From Cyanophora paradoxa CCMP329 (lineage: Eukaryota > Plantae > Glaucophyta): a stretch of 64,000 nucleotides of DNA. Numbering within the stretch: the first letter of the stretch is position 1; every line of letters starts with the position of its first letter. The position numbers and the translations under genes were made by a program. Shown here piece after piece: positions 22,412 to 34,086 of this stretch. The notes under the pieces are model-generated. The model was given only the letters and a program-made list of their open reading frames with translations. It searched no databases and was not told the DNA's origin. The stretch spans positions 25,131-89,130 of the forward strand of contig QPMI01000256.1 in assembly GCA_004431415.1 (NCBI GenBank). Direction: 5' to 3'.

Positions 22412-23799
22412 CCTCAAAGAGGTCCGCCCGCTGCCGCCATCTTGAGCGTTGCGCCGCTCCCTCTCCTGAGAGCGTGATACAGATATAGCACAGGAGTCGA
22501 AGATGACCGCTAGTGCGAGGCGGCGATGCCGGCTGCTGGCCAGCAGCGGGTGCGCAACACGGGGGACCAAGTTCTTAGGTGGTCGGTATTGCTGATGCGT
22601 GGATAGGCCCTTTAAGGTTCGATCTCCGACGCTCCGGGAGGCGTGTGCAAGTGAGCTCGAGCCGCCGGCTGGAATGGACGTACTCCGCCGAGTCCGGTCT
22701 GATCTCCGACTCGTCCAGCTCGAGCGAGGTCGACGTCTCTGCTGGTGCAGGCTGTCTCTAGCTTCAAGGCCTAGGCTTGCGCACACACGCGCAGCACTCC
22801 GGCTAGCTGCACCGCCGCGGCGCCCGGTCGACGTCCGCGCGGCTATACAGCTCCGATCTTGGCGACGTCCCTGCTTGTACCCCGCACGAGTTTAAAAAAC
22901 TCAAAGCCGATTGAAATTGCCTTGAGCGAAGAATCATTGAAGAAAAACCGCAGAGCCTCTACTGGCCCTCTAGGGAGGCTGCTGCGGAGGCAGAGCTTTC
23001 TGAACACGGACGGGGGACCGTCGCGCCGACCGCTGCGGAGCCTGCGGACTCAGTGGGAGGCAAGGCTCTCCGCACAAATGTTGAAAGAACGTCTCTCAGA
23101 ACTCAGTTTCATTTTCTTATTTGTGCATTGGAAAAAGACGAAGGCGGCGCGTACGCCAACCCTCTCTAACATAAATTGTGGTGTTGAGACACCCGATTGG
23201 ATGCTCAAGTGGCTTCCACCCGTGGAGTGCAGCGGGCTTCCACCACCGGCTCGCGTCTTCGTGATCACGCGACGACCCCACCCAGGTAAGTATGATTTGC
23301 TCCACCGTCCCAACCGGGTCTATCGAACGCGGGGGGCGCGATCGCGAGCCCCGAGGTGGGACCCCGCCCCCGCCGGCCGGCCGCCGCGCACCGGCCCCGG
23401 CCGCGGGGCGCGGGCGGCGATCGCACGCCCGCCGCCTCACATCGAGTGCCCGCGCGCCGCGCGCCGCGCCGGCGCCCGCCGCAGCCGGCCTGGCAAGTCA
23501 TGCGGCCGCCCGCCCCCTTGACGTCCTACGTGCCTTGACGGCCGCGGGCATACGAGCCTGCGAGCTACGTATACCCTGCTGGTCCTCAGGCCTTGCAATT
23601 GCATGCCACCTGGCGCATATGCATGCCACCCGCTGATCATCGGATCCGGATCTGCAGACCTAGCCTAGCGATCTCAAACTCCGTCCGAATCGCCCGGCGC
23701 TCATGATTAGACTCTCTGAGAGGCACGGTCCGGGGCTTTGATATCACAATATCGATTTTGGTCAAATCGGAGAGAGCTATAGCTTGGTAGGGAGGCGCG

Positions 23800-26700
23800 C
23801 TACCGGCGCTTCTTGAGCTCGCGGCCCTTCGAGCTTGCATGGCCGGCCTCCGCCTCGGGCGCCGGGGCGCCGGCCAGCTGCACGCCCTCCGGCGCCTCCA
23901 TGCCCCCGACGACCTGCGGGGCCGCCGTTGGCCGTCGAGCGTGGCGCCGGGGCGGCGGGCGGGGCGGGGCGGGAGGGGCACGATGAGGATGGAAACGAAG
24001 GCGGGGATGTAGGGGACGCAGTAGAGGCGGGCGAAGCAGTGCGAGAGCGCGAAGACGGAGAAGGCCCGCGTCTGCAGCGCCCGCAGCGCCCCCTCGCCGA
24101 ACGCCGCCAGCCGCGGCCGCCCCGGGCCCCCGCCCGAGGCGAGGCTGCAGGCGTGGAGGGCGCAGACGGCGGCCGCCATGGAGGTCGGGTCGGCCTGGAA
24201 GATCCAGTGGCCGTGGGCGAGGCGGAGGGTCCAGGCGGCCCCCGCGGGGGCGACGGCGGCGAGCGCGAGCAGCTGCAGCAGCAGCAGCGCGGAGAGGGCG
24301 CCGTAGCCGGCCTCCCGGTCCCGCTCCTCCTGCGAGCCCGGCGGGCAGCGGCGGGCGGCGAGGCGGGCGAGGGTGGGGAGGAGGCAGAGGAGGGCCGAGG
24401 CGGCGAGGGCGTAGGCGGGGTGAGCCGCGCACGCCAGCGCCACGAAGAACGCGTACGACGCCCGCCGCACCAGCGACGGCCCCGCCTCCCCGGCGGCGCC
24501 CGGCGGGGAGGGCGGCGGGGGCGGGGCGGAGGGGAGGAGGAGGGCGGAGAGGGCGAGGGGGGCGGCGATGAGGCGGCGGAGGAGGAGGGCGAGGCCGAGG
24601 GCGAGGAGGTGGAGGGCCGGCAGCAGCAGCCGCACGTGCGGGAAGGGCGCCCCCTGCGGCGCAGTGAGAGGCGGGAGGGCAGGGGAGGGCGGGGCGGGTG
24701 GCGGACGGCGCGGGCGGCGTCGTCCTCGAACCAGCCGGGGAGGAGGGTGCCGAGGAGGAAGAGGGCGGCGCACTGCAGCGGCGCGTCCTCCAGCATCGCC
24801 GCCTCCAGGTGCGGCGCCTCCCCTGCCCCGCCCCGCCCCGCCCCACCCCCGTCACCCCACGCCCCGCCACCGCAGGCGCGCGGGGGCCGGGGGGCACCCT
24901 TCGTGCGCCACGCGTTGAGGAGGCGGACGAGCGCCATGGCGACGGCGGCGGCGGCGGTGGGGAGGAGGGCGGGGCCGAACCAGCGGAGGAGCTGGGCGGC
25001 GGCGCCGGGGAGGTGGAGGGAGAGGGTGACCTCGTAGGGGTGGAGGGGGTCGGAAAGGATGAAGAGGGGCACGTCGGCGCGGGGCGGCTCGCCGGCCGGC
25101 GGCGCCTCGTGCAGCCGCATCTCGAACGACGTCGCGTTAGCCACGAACACCTGCCCGCCCCCGCCTCGGGCCCCGACCAAGCGCCGCCCCCCGCGCCCCG
25201 CCCCCCGCGCCGCCGCACCTCCTCAGCGATGCCCGCGGGGGGGTACGCGTAGTACGCGAGGGGGTGGAAGAGGGGCTCGCCCTCGCCTGCGGGGCGCGTG
25301 AGCAGAAGCGGGGCGCGCCAATGCGAGCCTCCGGGCACGGGCCTTTGGGGGTGAGCCAGACGCTCGGGGGGAAGTGGACCGAGCCGCCGCCGAGGACGGT
25401 GATGTTCATGAGCGCCGGCCGGCCTGCGCCGGGAGCCGCGCTCCGAGGCTCGGCCCCGGCGCGCCGCGCAGGCAGGGCGAGGCGGGGAGGGACACACGGG
25501 GCGGGAGGGCGGCGCGGTGCGGGGGCAGCGCGGCGGGGGCCTCCGCGCGGGAGTCGAGGGCGCGGAAGAACTGCGCCACGAGGAGCGTGCGGGCGCCCCG
25601 GGGCCGGCGAGCGCCGCCGGCAGCGACACGAGCAGCCGGTCGTGCCCTGCGCGCTGCTCGCCGGGGTGCGGGGCGGGGACGCGGGGGCGGGGCGGGCACG
25701 GTGCCAGAGGGAAGCGGGGAGGAGGAGGACGCTGGTGGGGAAGGGCGGTACGGAGGCGGCGTCGGGCGCTTCGGGCCCCTGGAAGGCCGGGCGCAGGCCC
25801 GGCGCCCCGAAGGCCAGCGGCGAGACGTCCACGGGGCCGGCCTGGGGGAGCCGCGGAGAGCCCCTCAGTGGCAGCGCGGCGTGCAGAGAGCCGGGGCGTG
25901 GCGCACGGGGCCGCGCGGCGCGCCCTTCTTCTTCGCCTTGGGGGCGCTGCGGGGGGCCTCGGGCCCCTCGGGCGAGCCGCCCTCGAACTCCTCCTCGTCG
26001 GCGCGCCGCCGCGCCGCCTCCGCAGCGTCGACCTCCTCCCCGCCGGCGCCCCGCTCCCGGCCCTCCTTGCCCGACCCGCCGCAGAGGAAGACGGAGGGGC
26101 CCTCGCCATCCCCGAGCGGCCGGTCCGAGATCAGCACGAACGTGTCCGCCGAGCGCCGCCTGCACCGCCCCCGTCCCCGCCCAATCGACCGGCGGCACAG
26201 CCGCAAAGCGTGCGGGCGCGGGGCGCGGGGCGCACAGCCTGTCGGTGATGGTCCAGGCGTAGGCGGCGCGGCCCGGCTGCACGGTCCGCAGCATCGGCTC
26301 GCTCTGCTCCGCCGCGCCCGCCCTCCCGCACTCCGCCTCCGCCTGTTCAACAGGAGAACGGGCCCGGGATCAGGGGGGAAGGGTGGGGGGAGGGGGACGC
26401 ACGGCGGCAGAGCGGCGGGCGCGGGCGGTGGGCGGCTCGCGGCGGGCGGAGGAGAGCTCGTCGGCGTCCTGCGCGCCCCGCAGCCCGAGCAGCGCCGCCG
26501 TGCGCCTGCGTGGAGCCTCAGCGCCGCGCCGTGCGGCAGGAAAGGGCAGGGGCGCGGGTGGCGGGCCCCGTGAGGCGCTCGCGGAAGGCGCGGAGGCGGT
26601 CGGCGGGGCCGGCGTCGGGGCGGGCCGCCAGCGCGTGCAGCACCTCGTCCAGCGCCCGCACCACCTGCCCTGCCTGAGCCGGCCGCCCGGCACCCGGGGC

Positions 26701-28104
26701 GGGGGCGGGGGCCGGGCCGGGTGGAGCACCTGCTCGCACCAGACGATGGCGAGGTGGTCGGGGGAGGCCCAGGCCCCCTCGAGGGCCGTGGTGGAGAGCG
26801 CGAGGGAGCGCGACGGGTGCACCAGGCCGGCGACGCCGCACAGGTCGCTCCGCACGAGCGCGTCCCGCTGGCCCCCCGCGATCGACACCAGCACCAGCTC
26901 CGCCAGGTCTGCGCCCCGTCGCCCGCCCCGCTCGGCGCGGCGCGGCGCGGCGGGCCGAGGCGGGAGGCAGAGAAGGAGCTCACGGGGCTCGCGAGCGGGC
27001 GCGAGGGGGGCCTCGGGGCCCGCCTCCGGGTCCGGCTCGGCGGGAGCGGGGGCCGGGGCGACGCGCTTGCGCCAGAAGCCGTTGACGGCCTCGTAGAAGC
27101 GCGCGACCGACATGTCCGACGCCAGCGGCGCCGCCCTGCCCGGCGCCGCCGCGTCGGCCCCGGCGCCAGGGGGGCGAGCGGCAGGGCTTTGCCCGGGGGT
27201 ACCGGTGCGGCGTGGCGAGGGTGACAATGGTGCGAATGGAGCCCGGGGCGTGGTTCGGGAGCGTCACGGCGGCCCGCGCCGCCATGCCGCCCATAGAGTG
27301 GCCCACCACCACCACCGACTCCGGGGCCGTCTCCGGCTGCGCGGGGGGACGGCAGGCGCACGCGCGCGTGTTCGGCGCTGTCCGCTGCCGCGGGGCGCGC
27401 GGGGGCATACGTTGCGCGCCCTGTAGAGGGCGAGAATCGTGTGGATGCAGTCGTTGACGAAGTAGGACTGTCGGGGAGGTCAGCGGCGGCGCTGGGGCGA
27501 GGCGGGGAGAAGGCGGGGTGCGGGGGTTAAGCGCCTGGTCCCAGAGGACCTCGCCGTGGAAGGCGGAGAGCTCCTCGCCGAAGTCGATCGAGAAGTAGTC
27601 GAAGGCCGGCGCGCCCCGCCCGTCCGCCCCCTCCCCCCGCGACACCGCGTGTTCCCGCGACGCCAGGCTCCGCACCTGCCGCCCCCCGCCCGATCGCCCG
27701 TGCAATAGAGGAGCGCGAGGGCCTTCCACCTGTCGGTAGCTGCCGGCGTTGCCGGGGACGAAGAGGACGGGTGCGCCGGAGACGTCGGTCACGTCCACGG
27801 TCTGCGGGCTCGAGCTCGGCCGACGCGCGGGGAGGGGGACGCGCGCTGGAGCGTGTCGACGCACGTTCGCGTCCATTGTGGAGCCGTCGCGGTAGAGGTA
27901 CAGCCCGTATCCAGCCGTCGCGCGGCGCTTTGCGCCCTCCGGAAGCGGCGCGGGCTCCACAGGCACCGGGAAGTAACCCGGCCACATGTACGACATGCCG
28001 CAGTAGTTGTGACCCGTCGCGACATGCGCCTGATACACCGCGAAGCCGACGCAGGCGGCGGCCGTGAGCCCGAGCATCACCGCCAGCGCCGCCCGCAGCG
28101 CCAT
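23800..28104 (-). CDS. PGAP1: GPI inositol-deacylase (PGAP1/Bst1), many introns
   Basis: N-terminal anchor MALRAALAVMLG, NYCGMSYMWPGY, PVLFVPGNAGSYRQ|VRSLAS, DYFSIDFGEELSAFHG, lipase motif VVVVGHSMGG, TIVTLATPH, SIAGGQRD and DHLAIVWCEQ. C-terminal TM helices end in a KKRR dilysine signal. Confidence 0.92.
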
Positions 28105-28260
28105 CGCGAACCCTCGTCCGCTGGAAGTGCTAGCGCACAGATATATGGCGGAGTCGGCGTTTACCTCGGTGAAGTCGGCGGGTTCAAGTCGGCTTGAAGT
28201 CGCTCGCTCGGGGGTACAGAAGCGTTGAGCAAAGCCAATTCCGCCGCAGGCCCTCCAACG
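28105..28260. promoter_or_regulatory. 156-bp divergent intergenic region (putative bidirectional promoter for PGAP1 and SSNA1)
   Basis: Start codons at 28104 (-) and 28261 (+). Confidence 0.55.
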
Positions 28261-29032
28261 ATGACCCAGCAGGGAGCCACGCTTCAGAACTACAAGTGAG
28301 TGCTCTGGTTGTTTCGTGTCCGCACGCGACCTCCCGCGGTGGCCTCGGGCTTTTGAACTGCGGCACCGGCTAGGCACCCGAGAAGCGCCTGACGCTCGCC
28401 CTCGCCCGCTCGCGCAGCAATGAGCTCGTAAAGTGCATTGAAGAGCTCAAGGAGAGGAGGGAAGAGGTTAACCGGCAGATTGCGAAGGAGGAGGAGGTGC
28501 GCCGCGGGGCTCTCGGAATACCCTAGCTTTGCATGCTTCGGAGCTAGTAACGCACTCTCAAGCTTATTGTTGAGCGCTCTGGGACCTGGGAGCCGCCGCT
28601 GACTTTGCCGCCGCAGGAGAAGGCGAAGATCCAGAAAGACATGCAGGTGTGCATCGCCGCCACGCCTGGCATTGTCGGGCATATCCTCACTGTACTAATC
28701 CCTTTCCACAGATCCTGCAGGAGCGGCTCACGCGGATAAACGATAGGTCCGCCGTGCCTTGTTCCACGCTGTGCCCTACGCTTCCGGTGGCCGCCGCTAA
28801 CGCTCGCCGATACTCCAGTTTGCAGCGAAAGTATGCCAGCCGCAACGAGTACGACAAGACCGTGATGGAGACAGAGGTCCGTATCGCCCGCATCCAACTG
28901 CAAGCGAGGCTAACCGTTCTTCCTCTCCACCAGGCGGCATACATTAAAATCTTGGAGAGCTCTCAAACACTACTACACGTGCTCAAGCGGGAGTCGGCAA
29001 CGCTTACGAAGAAGAAGCAGTCCTCTTCGTAG
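28261..29032 (+). CDS. SSNA1: SSNA1/NA14/DIP13 basal body and flagellar coiled-coil protein, 5 introns
   Basis: Spliced: [12 protein letters not shown]|[26 protein letters not shown]|[10 protein letters not shown]|[11 protein letters not shown]|[20 protein letters not shown]|[20 protein letters not shown]... Confidence 0.95.
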
Positions 29033-29641
29033 CTTTATTTCTCTTAGCTTTAGGTAGGACTTGTTGTAAATCCAAACATGCGCTGCAGTGGTGCGAAGTC
29101 TTGCTCTCTCAACTTTCTTTCTCTCGGTTTCCTTCCCCGCAGTCCCCACGTGGAAGTCCCCCCCGGCCCCACTGCCGGAGCTCACGAGCGCGGCCGAATG
29201 CTGTGCGGCCCGAACCAGGCGCAGAGGGTGCTCGAGAAAATTTTTTGTTTCACTCCATCGGCTACAGCTCTCAAAACAGAACCTCCGGATCCTATCTAGT
29301 CTGTCGGCGGAGAAGGAGGCGTCGGATCGGGAAGGGGGATAGCGCCTTAGCACTAGTGGAAGCCTAGATCGACGGTGTCGCTGTTAATGTAAGATGCTAA
29401 CTAAAGGAAGAGAGTGACGGGCAACCGCGCGGGGACCGCCGGCAGTGGCTGTGCTGCGGCGCTCGGGGACCCGGGACGACGGTGCCAAGGCGCCTCGTCA
29501 GCGGCGATCGCGTTGAGAGACGTTGATGGATGTTGAGAGCGAACGCTTGAACGAAAGATGGCTGCGTACGCGAGGACACTGATCCGGGAAGGATCGAACG
29601 AAAGCCGCGTGTGGAACCAAGAAGCAGAAAGGACGACCAAG

Positions 29642-30136
29642 CTATCGCTTGATGATGCTCTTCAGCTGCTTCTTGCTCATCTTCTTGATCTTCTCCGTCT
29701 TCGATATCTGCGCCGCGGCCGAACCCTGAGCTGCAGCCTGCGATCGAGCAAGGACCGCCTGACCTTCTGTACGACGGCGCTCTTCATCTCGTTCTCCTCC
29801 CTCATCTTCCTACGCTCCTCCGCTCGCTTCCGCTGCAACTCTTTCAGAGCGCGCTTCTCGTCCCGCAGCGTCTTCTCCTTCTTCTTGAGCAGCGTCCGCT
29901 CAAGGCGCGCCTTCTCCTTATCCTCCCATGTGGACTTCAGCTGCTTCACGGCGACCCTGGAGCTCGATCTGCAACGGCGGAGTCAGCGCGAGGCAGCACT
30001 TGCGCTGGTGATCGTCTTGCCTTTGCGCCTTCTGCTTCCAGGCTCGTCCGGATGCGGGACGCCCATCCTTCACTGCAGGCTTGCTCGCCGGCGCCTCCGC
30101 TGAGATCGCCGCTGCTGCGCTCGCCGACTCCGGCAT
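29642..30136 (-). CDS. CCDC86: CCDC86/Cgr1-family nucleolar coiled-coil protein
   Basis: GRPASGRAWK, LKSTWEDKEKAR, ERRKMREENEMKSAVVQ and C-terminal KKMSKKQLKSIIKR*; 2 introns. Confidence 0.8.
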
Positions 30137-30335
30137 CGAGGGGGGGGGAATGATCGAGGCTGGGCCGAAGACAAACTCGGTTAGCTAGCGGCATCCCCAA
30201 GCCAACTGCGCCTTTGCGCGACGCACAGTGAGCTCACTCGAGCAATGCTGCTGCTGTCACCTGGCTCTATGCAGCCGCCTGAGCACTAGCCGGACATTTG
30301 TGCCGGCCCGGCAGGTGCGCCAACAGTAGCTACAG

Positions 30336-33296
30336 ATGTTCGCCGACAGCTGGGGCGTGCTCGCTGGTGGACCCGGACCAGGAAGCCGGTCAAGCAGTCG
30401 GAGCGCGCTCCATGTGGACGCATGGGCTGGCCGCAGCCCAGGCGACGTCCTTGCGAGGCGGAACATAACCACCTCGAGCTCTCTGCCTGTGCTGTCGGCG
30501 AGTCTATTTGCACCGCCTCGCACAGGTGCAGGCTCTGCTCCGAGCAACCAGCGTTGCTGGGCCTGACGCGGGGCAGGCCCGACCCCCAACGACGTGAGAG
30601 GTCCAGCTTGGTCGAGGCAGGAGCAGCGCAAGCCGAATTCGAAGGCGCTGCAGCTTGCGCGGCCCGCGACCTCGGATGCGATCCTCAGACAGGAAAGGCG
30701 CTGCCCGGCCGAGGTCCTGCAGAAGATCTTGGTGGGTCGCCGCCGCGTCGCGCCTCCGCCCTGGCTGAGCGCTCGTAGCCCGCCCAGCACGCCGCCGTCT
30801 CTGCGAAAGAGACCGTCTGGAATACCTGCGAGCTCCTGCGGCGGGCCAAGTGCGAGCGCCGCGCCGCGCCGCCGCGCCGCGGGGCGCCGAGGCAGCGGGC
30901 TGCAGTTGCTTCCCGCACACGCGGGACGCGTCGTGGCTGATGCGGGAGCGGGGGCGGCGGGGGACGACGCTGGGCGACCTGGAGGCGCTGGTGCCGCCGA
31001 GCAAGCAGAAGAAGAAGGCGAAGCCGAGGGCCGAGGAGAACCCTGTCCTCCGCAAGGCCCGCAACCTCCGCGTCGAGTTCGACCAGGCGCGCCTCCGCAC
31101 CCCCCGCCTCCAGCCCCCTTCCCCTCCCCCCGCTCCACCCCTCCCCCCCCGCCCCTCCCCTCACCTTCGCGCTGACGGCGTGGCGCAGATATTCAGGTCA
31201 GTCGCCGGAGACGTTCAGGCGAATGCGCAGCGCCGGGGCGTTGAGGAGGGGGGGGGCGGGGGCGCAGCGAGGACCTGGTGGAGCGGGAGCTGGCCATCCT
31301 GAAGATCACGGAGTACACGAGGGACCAGGTCGTCGAGCTGTGCGCGCCCCTCCTGCCCCCCCGGCCCCGAGCCCCGCCCCGCCAGCAGAGCGGGGCGCCC
31401 CTAACCGCGACCCCCCGCCCCGGCAGCCGCGAGATGATCTGGAGGGGATTCCCCGGTGCGGGGTACCCTCCCCCCGCCCGGGGCCTCTTCCGAGGGACCG
31501 GGGTCGGTGGCAGAGCTGCGGGGCATCTTCTTCACGTACGCGCGGCTGGAGCTCTCCGTATCGCAGGCGAAGATGCTCTCCGACGCCCCCAACATCGCCG
31601 TCCGCCGACCCCGCCCCGCCCCCGCCCTGCCCGCACCCCGCGGGCGCTCACCGGCGCCCCGCGCAGGGCCCGAACGACATGGAAACGATCAGCAAGCTCG
31701 AGTTCTTCCGCTTCTGCAAGGCTCGCCCGCCCGGCCCCCCCATTCCGCAGCTCGGGGCTGAACGGGGGCGAGCACCGCCTCGTCGCCCCGCAGGACTGCA
31801 AGCTCTTCGACAACCGGTTCTTCACGACGAGCATCGCCGAGCTGCTCTTCATGGGTCTGCCATCGTTCCGTCGCTTCCCACTGCTTCGCCACACCGAATG
31901 CCATCGTTCGTTTTCCTCACAGCTGTCAACCGCGCCGATCAGCTCGGCTTCGAAAAGTGCGGGCCCGAGAAGGAGAGCTCGAGGCCGGGGTTGCGGCTGG
32001 GAGCTCAGGGGCCGGTCCGCGCAGGTACCAGCAGGAGCTGGCCCGCGCGGGGGCGAGGCACCCCTCAAACGCAGGCGGCGCGGGGCCCGCCGAGCGGCGC
32101 GACTCGACGCCGCCCTCCACCTCGGCCCCGGCTGGAGCACCCCGGCGGCCCTCCCGCGGCGACGGCTCAGCCGCCGACCGCGAGAAGCGCGCCGCCGCCC
32201 GCCCTCCGCCGGCGGCTCGCCGGCCCCGCCGCGGCGCCTCTGACGTGCGGGGGCAGGCGCTCGGAGGAGGCGGACTCGGAGGACGTCTTCACCCTCTCCG
32301 AGTTCCTCTCCTCGTCCGCCCCGCCCCGCCCGTGCCTCCTCGCTGCGCCGCCCCGCGAGCCCCGCCCCGCAGCCTCATCCGCATCTCGTTCCTGAAGTAC
32401 ACGAGCAAGTTCCCGGACCTCGCGATGCGCCTCCGCCACCTTCTGGTCCGCCCCGGGCCCCGCAGCGGCGCCTCGGCGAGGCCGGCGACGCGGGGCGCCC
32501 CTGCGCGCAGAACCACGACGTGCTGCCCAACGCGCGGCAGGAGAACAAGGACTTCTTCCGGCGCATCCTCATCGAGCCCGGCGTCTACGAGGCCCGCCCC
32601 CCGCCCCGCACCGCCCCCCGCCCGCCCCGCCCCCGCCCCCTTCGCCCCCTCACCCTCGCCCCGCGCAGGTCGTGCGGAGCTACCGGCGGGTGCTCTTCAA
32701 GGCGGGCCCCCCCGCCGCACTGCGCCGCGCTGCGCAGCGCGTCGAGCGGGGCTGCAGGTCTTCCAGAAGTACGCCGCGGCCGACGCGACGGACACCCTCC
32801 TCCAGGCTCGCACGTCCCTGCCGCCCGCCACCCCCTACCCCACGCCACCCCGCGCGACCCCCGCGCCAGCCCTGCGCGGGCTGAGGCTCGGGGGCCGGGA
32901 GCAGGGCGCCGCCTACAACGAGAAGCTGAACCTCAAGGAGTTCGTCCGGTGCGGCCTCACCCCCACCCCAGAGCCCCATACTCCTCGCCCTCCCCGGCGC
33001 CGGCGAGCGGGCGGGGGCAGGGTCTTCGAGGACGGCGAGTTGATCGGGGCGGGTGGGCTGACGCTGCGGCAAGTCCGCGACGCCTTCGCCCTCGCCCAGG
33101 CCGAGCTCGGCGACGAGGCGCCTGCCCCCCGCCCTCCCCCCGCCCCGCCGCGTCGGCCTCGTTTGAGGGGCGGGGCGGGCAGGTGGCGGACTTGACGGGG
33201 GCGGGGGCGGAGTCGCGGGTGGCGGTGGAGGTGGACGACGACTCCACGCAGATGGACTTCAACGAGTTCATCGAGGCGCGCCACGCCCCCGCGCAG

Positions 33297-33329
<33 letters not shown>

Positions 33330-33740
33330 CCCTCTCTCCTCCCCTCACCGCCGCCGCGCAGGGTGTCTGCCGGTGCGCGGACGCGCGGGCCGGCATGCCT
33401 TCAGAGACGGAGGACGGTGCGCGCTCGAGCTCGCGCCGCGCGGGGGCGGTGGCCTCTGAGGCGGGAGCCAGACGAGGGGAAGATGAAGATGATGGTGGCG
33501 GCGGGCATCCGCTCCCTGATGGCGGCCCTGCTGCGCGGCCTGGCCATCCCCGACCCGCACGGCGAGCCGCCCAGCCCGCGCCGCCTCGCCGCCCTCCCCT
33601 TCGCCGCCCGCGCGCCCCTCAAGGGCGTCGCCACGGCGCGGCGCGGGCCCGGGCCGGGCGCCACCTCCCGCTCGGGAGCCGCGCGGGGCGGGTCCCTCCT
33701 CTCCGACGACGACGACGACGATGGAGGGGGCGGCGGCTGA
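30336..33740 (+). CDS. Uncharacterised EF-hand-like helical-repeat protein of a type seen in flagellated protists; start uncertain (clear coding from ~30600-30940)
   Basis: Spliced exons: ELRGIFFTYA, ETISKLEFFRFCK|DCKL, FTLSEFLSSLIRISFLKY, VFQKYAAAD, LNLKEFVR, LTLRQVRDAFALAQ, MDFNEFIE. Stop at 33738-33740. Confidence 0.65.
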
Positions 33741-34086
33741 CGCGCCCGCCGCTCGCCCACTCGGCGGCAAGTCGGCGCTCGATCTTAAGCTTATTCTCAC
33801 ACATTGTACATGTGAGTTATTTATCGACCGCAAACCCCCCTCGGGCTCGGCGGCTGTGTATTCTTCAAGTATTTGGTTCACGGCAACGTCTCTTTGCGAA
33901 TGATTTCGGGAGGCCTGACATCAAGGCCTGTCAGTAGATGAGGAGAGGACATGAGGCTGTCCTACGCATGCATATGCACCGGTACCTAAAAACTAAACTG
34001 CGCTACTTGAAGACGGCTAGGTATGCACCAAATAATACACCGAGGCCCGCGACTCGACAGAGATCGATCTGTGGTCTAAAACTGGC

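Noticed and set aside
23800-26109. Very long Pro/Arg/Ala/Gly-rich ORFs in the track (for example 769 aa here, 912 aa at 44773-47511, 525 aa at 13646-15223)
   Set aside because: These are stop-codon-poor by-products of very high GC content that read through introns or the antisense strand. Only short segments are real exons.
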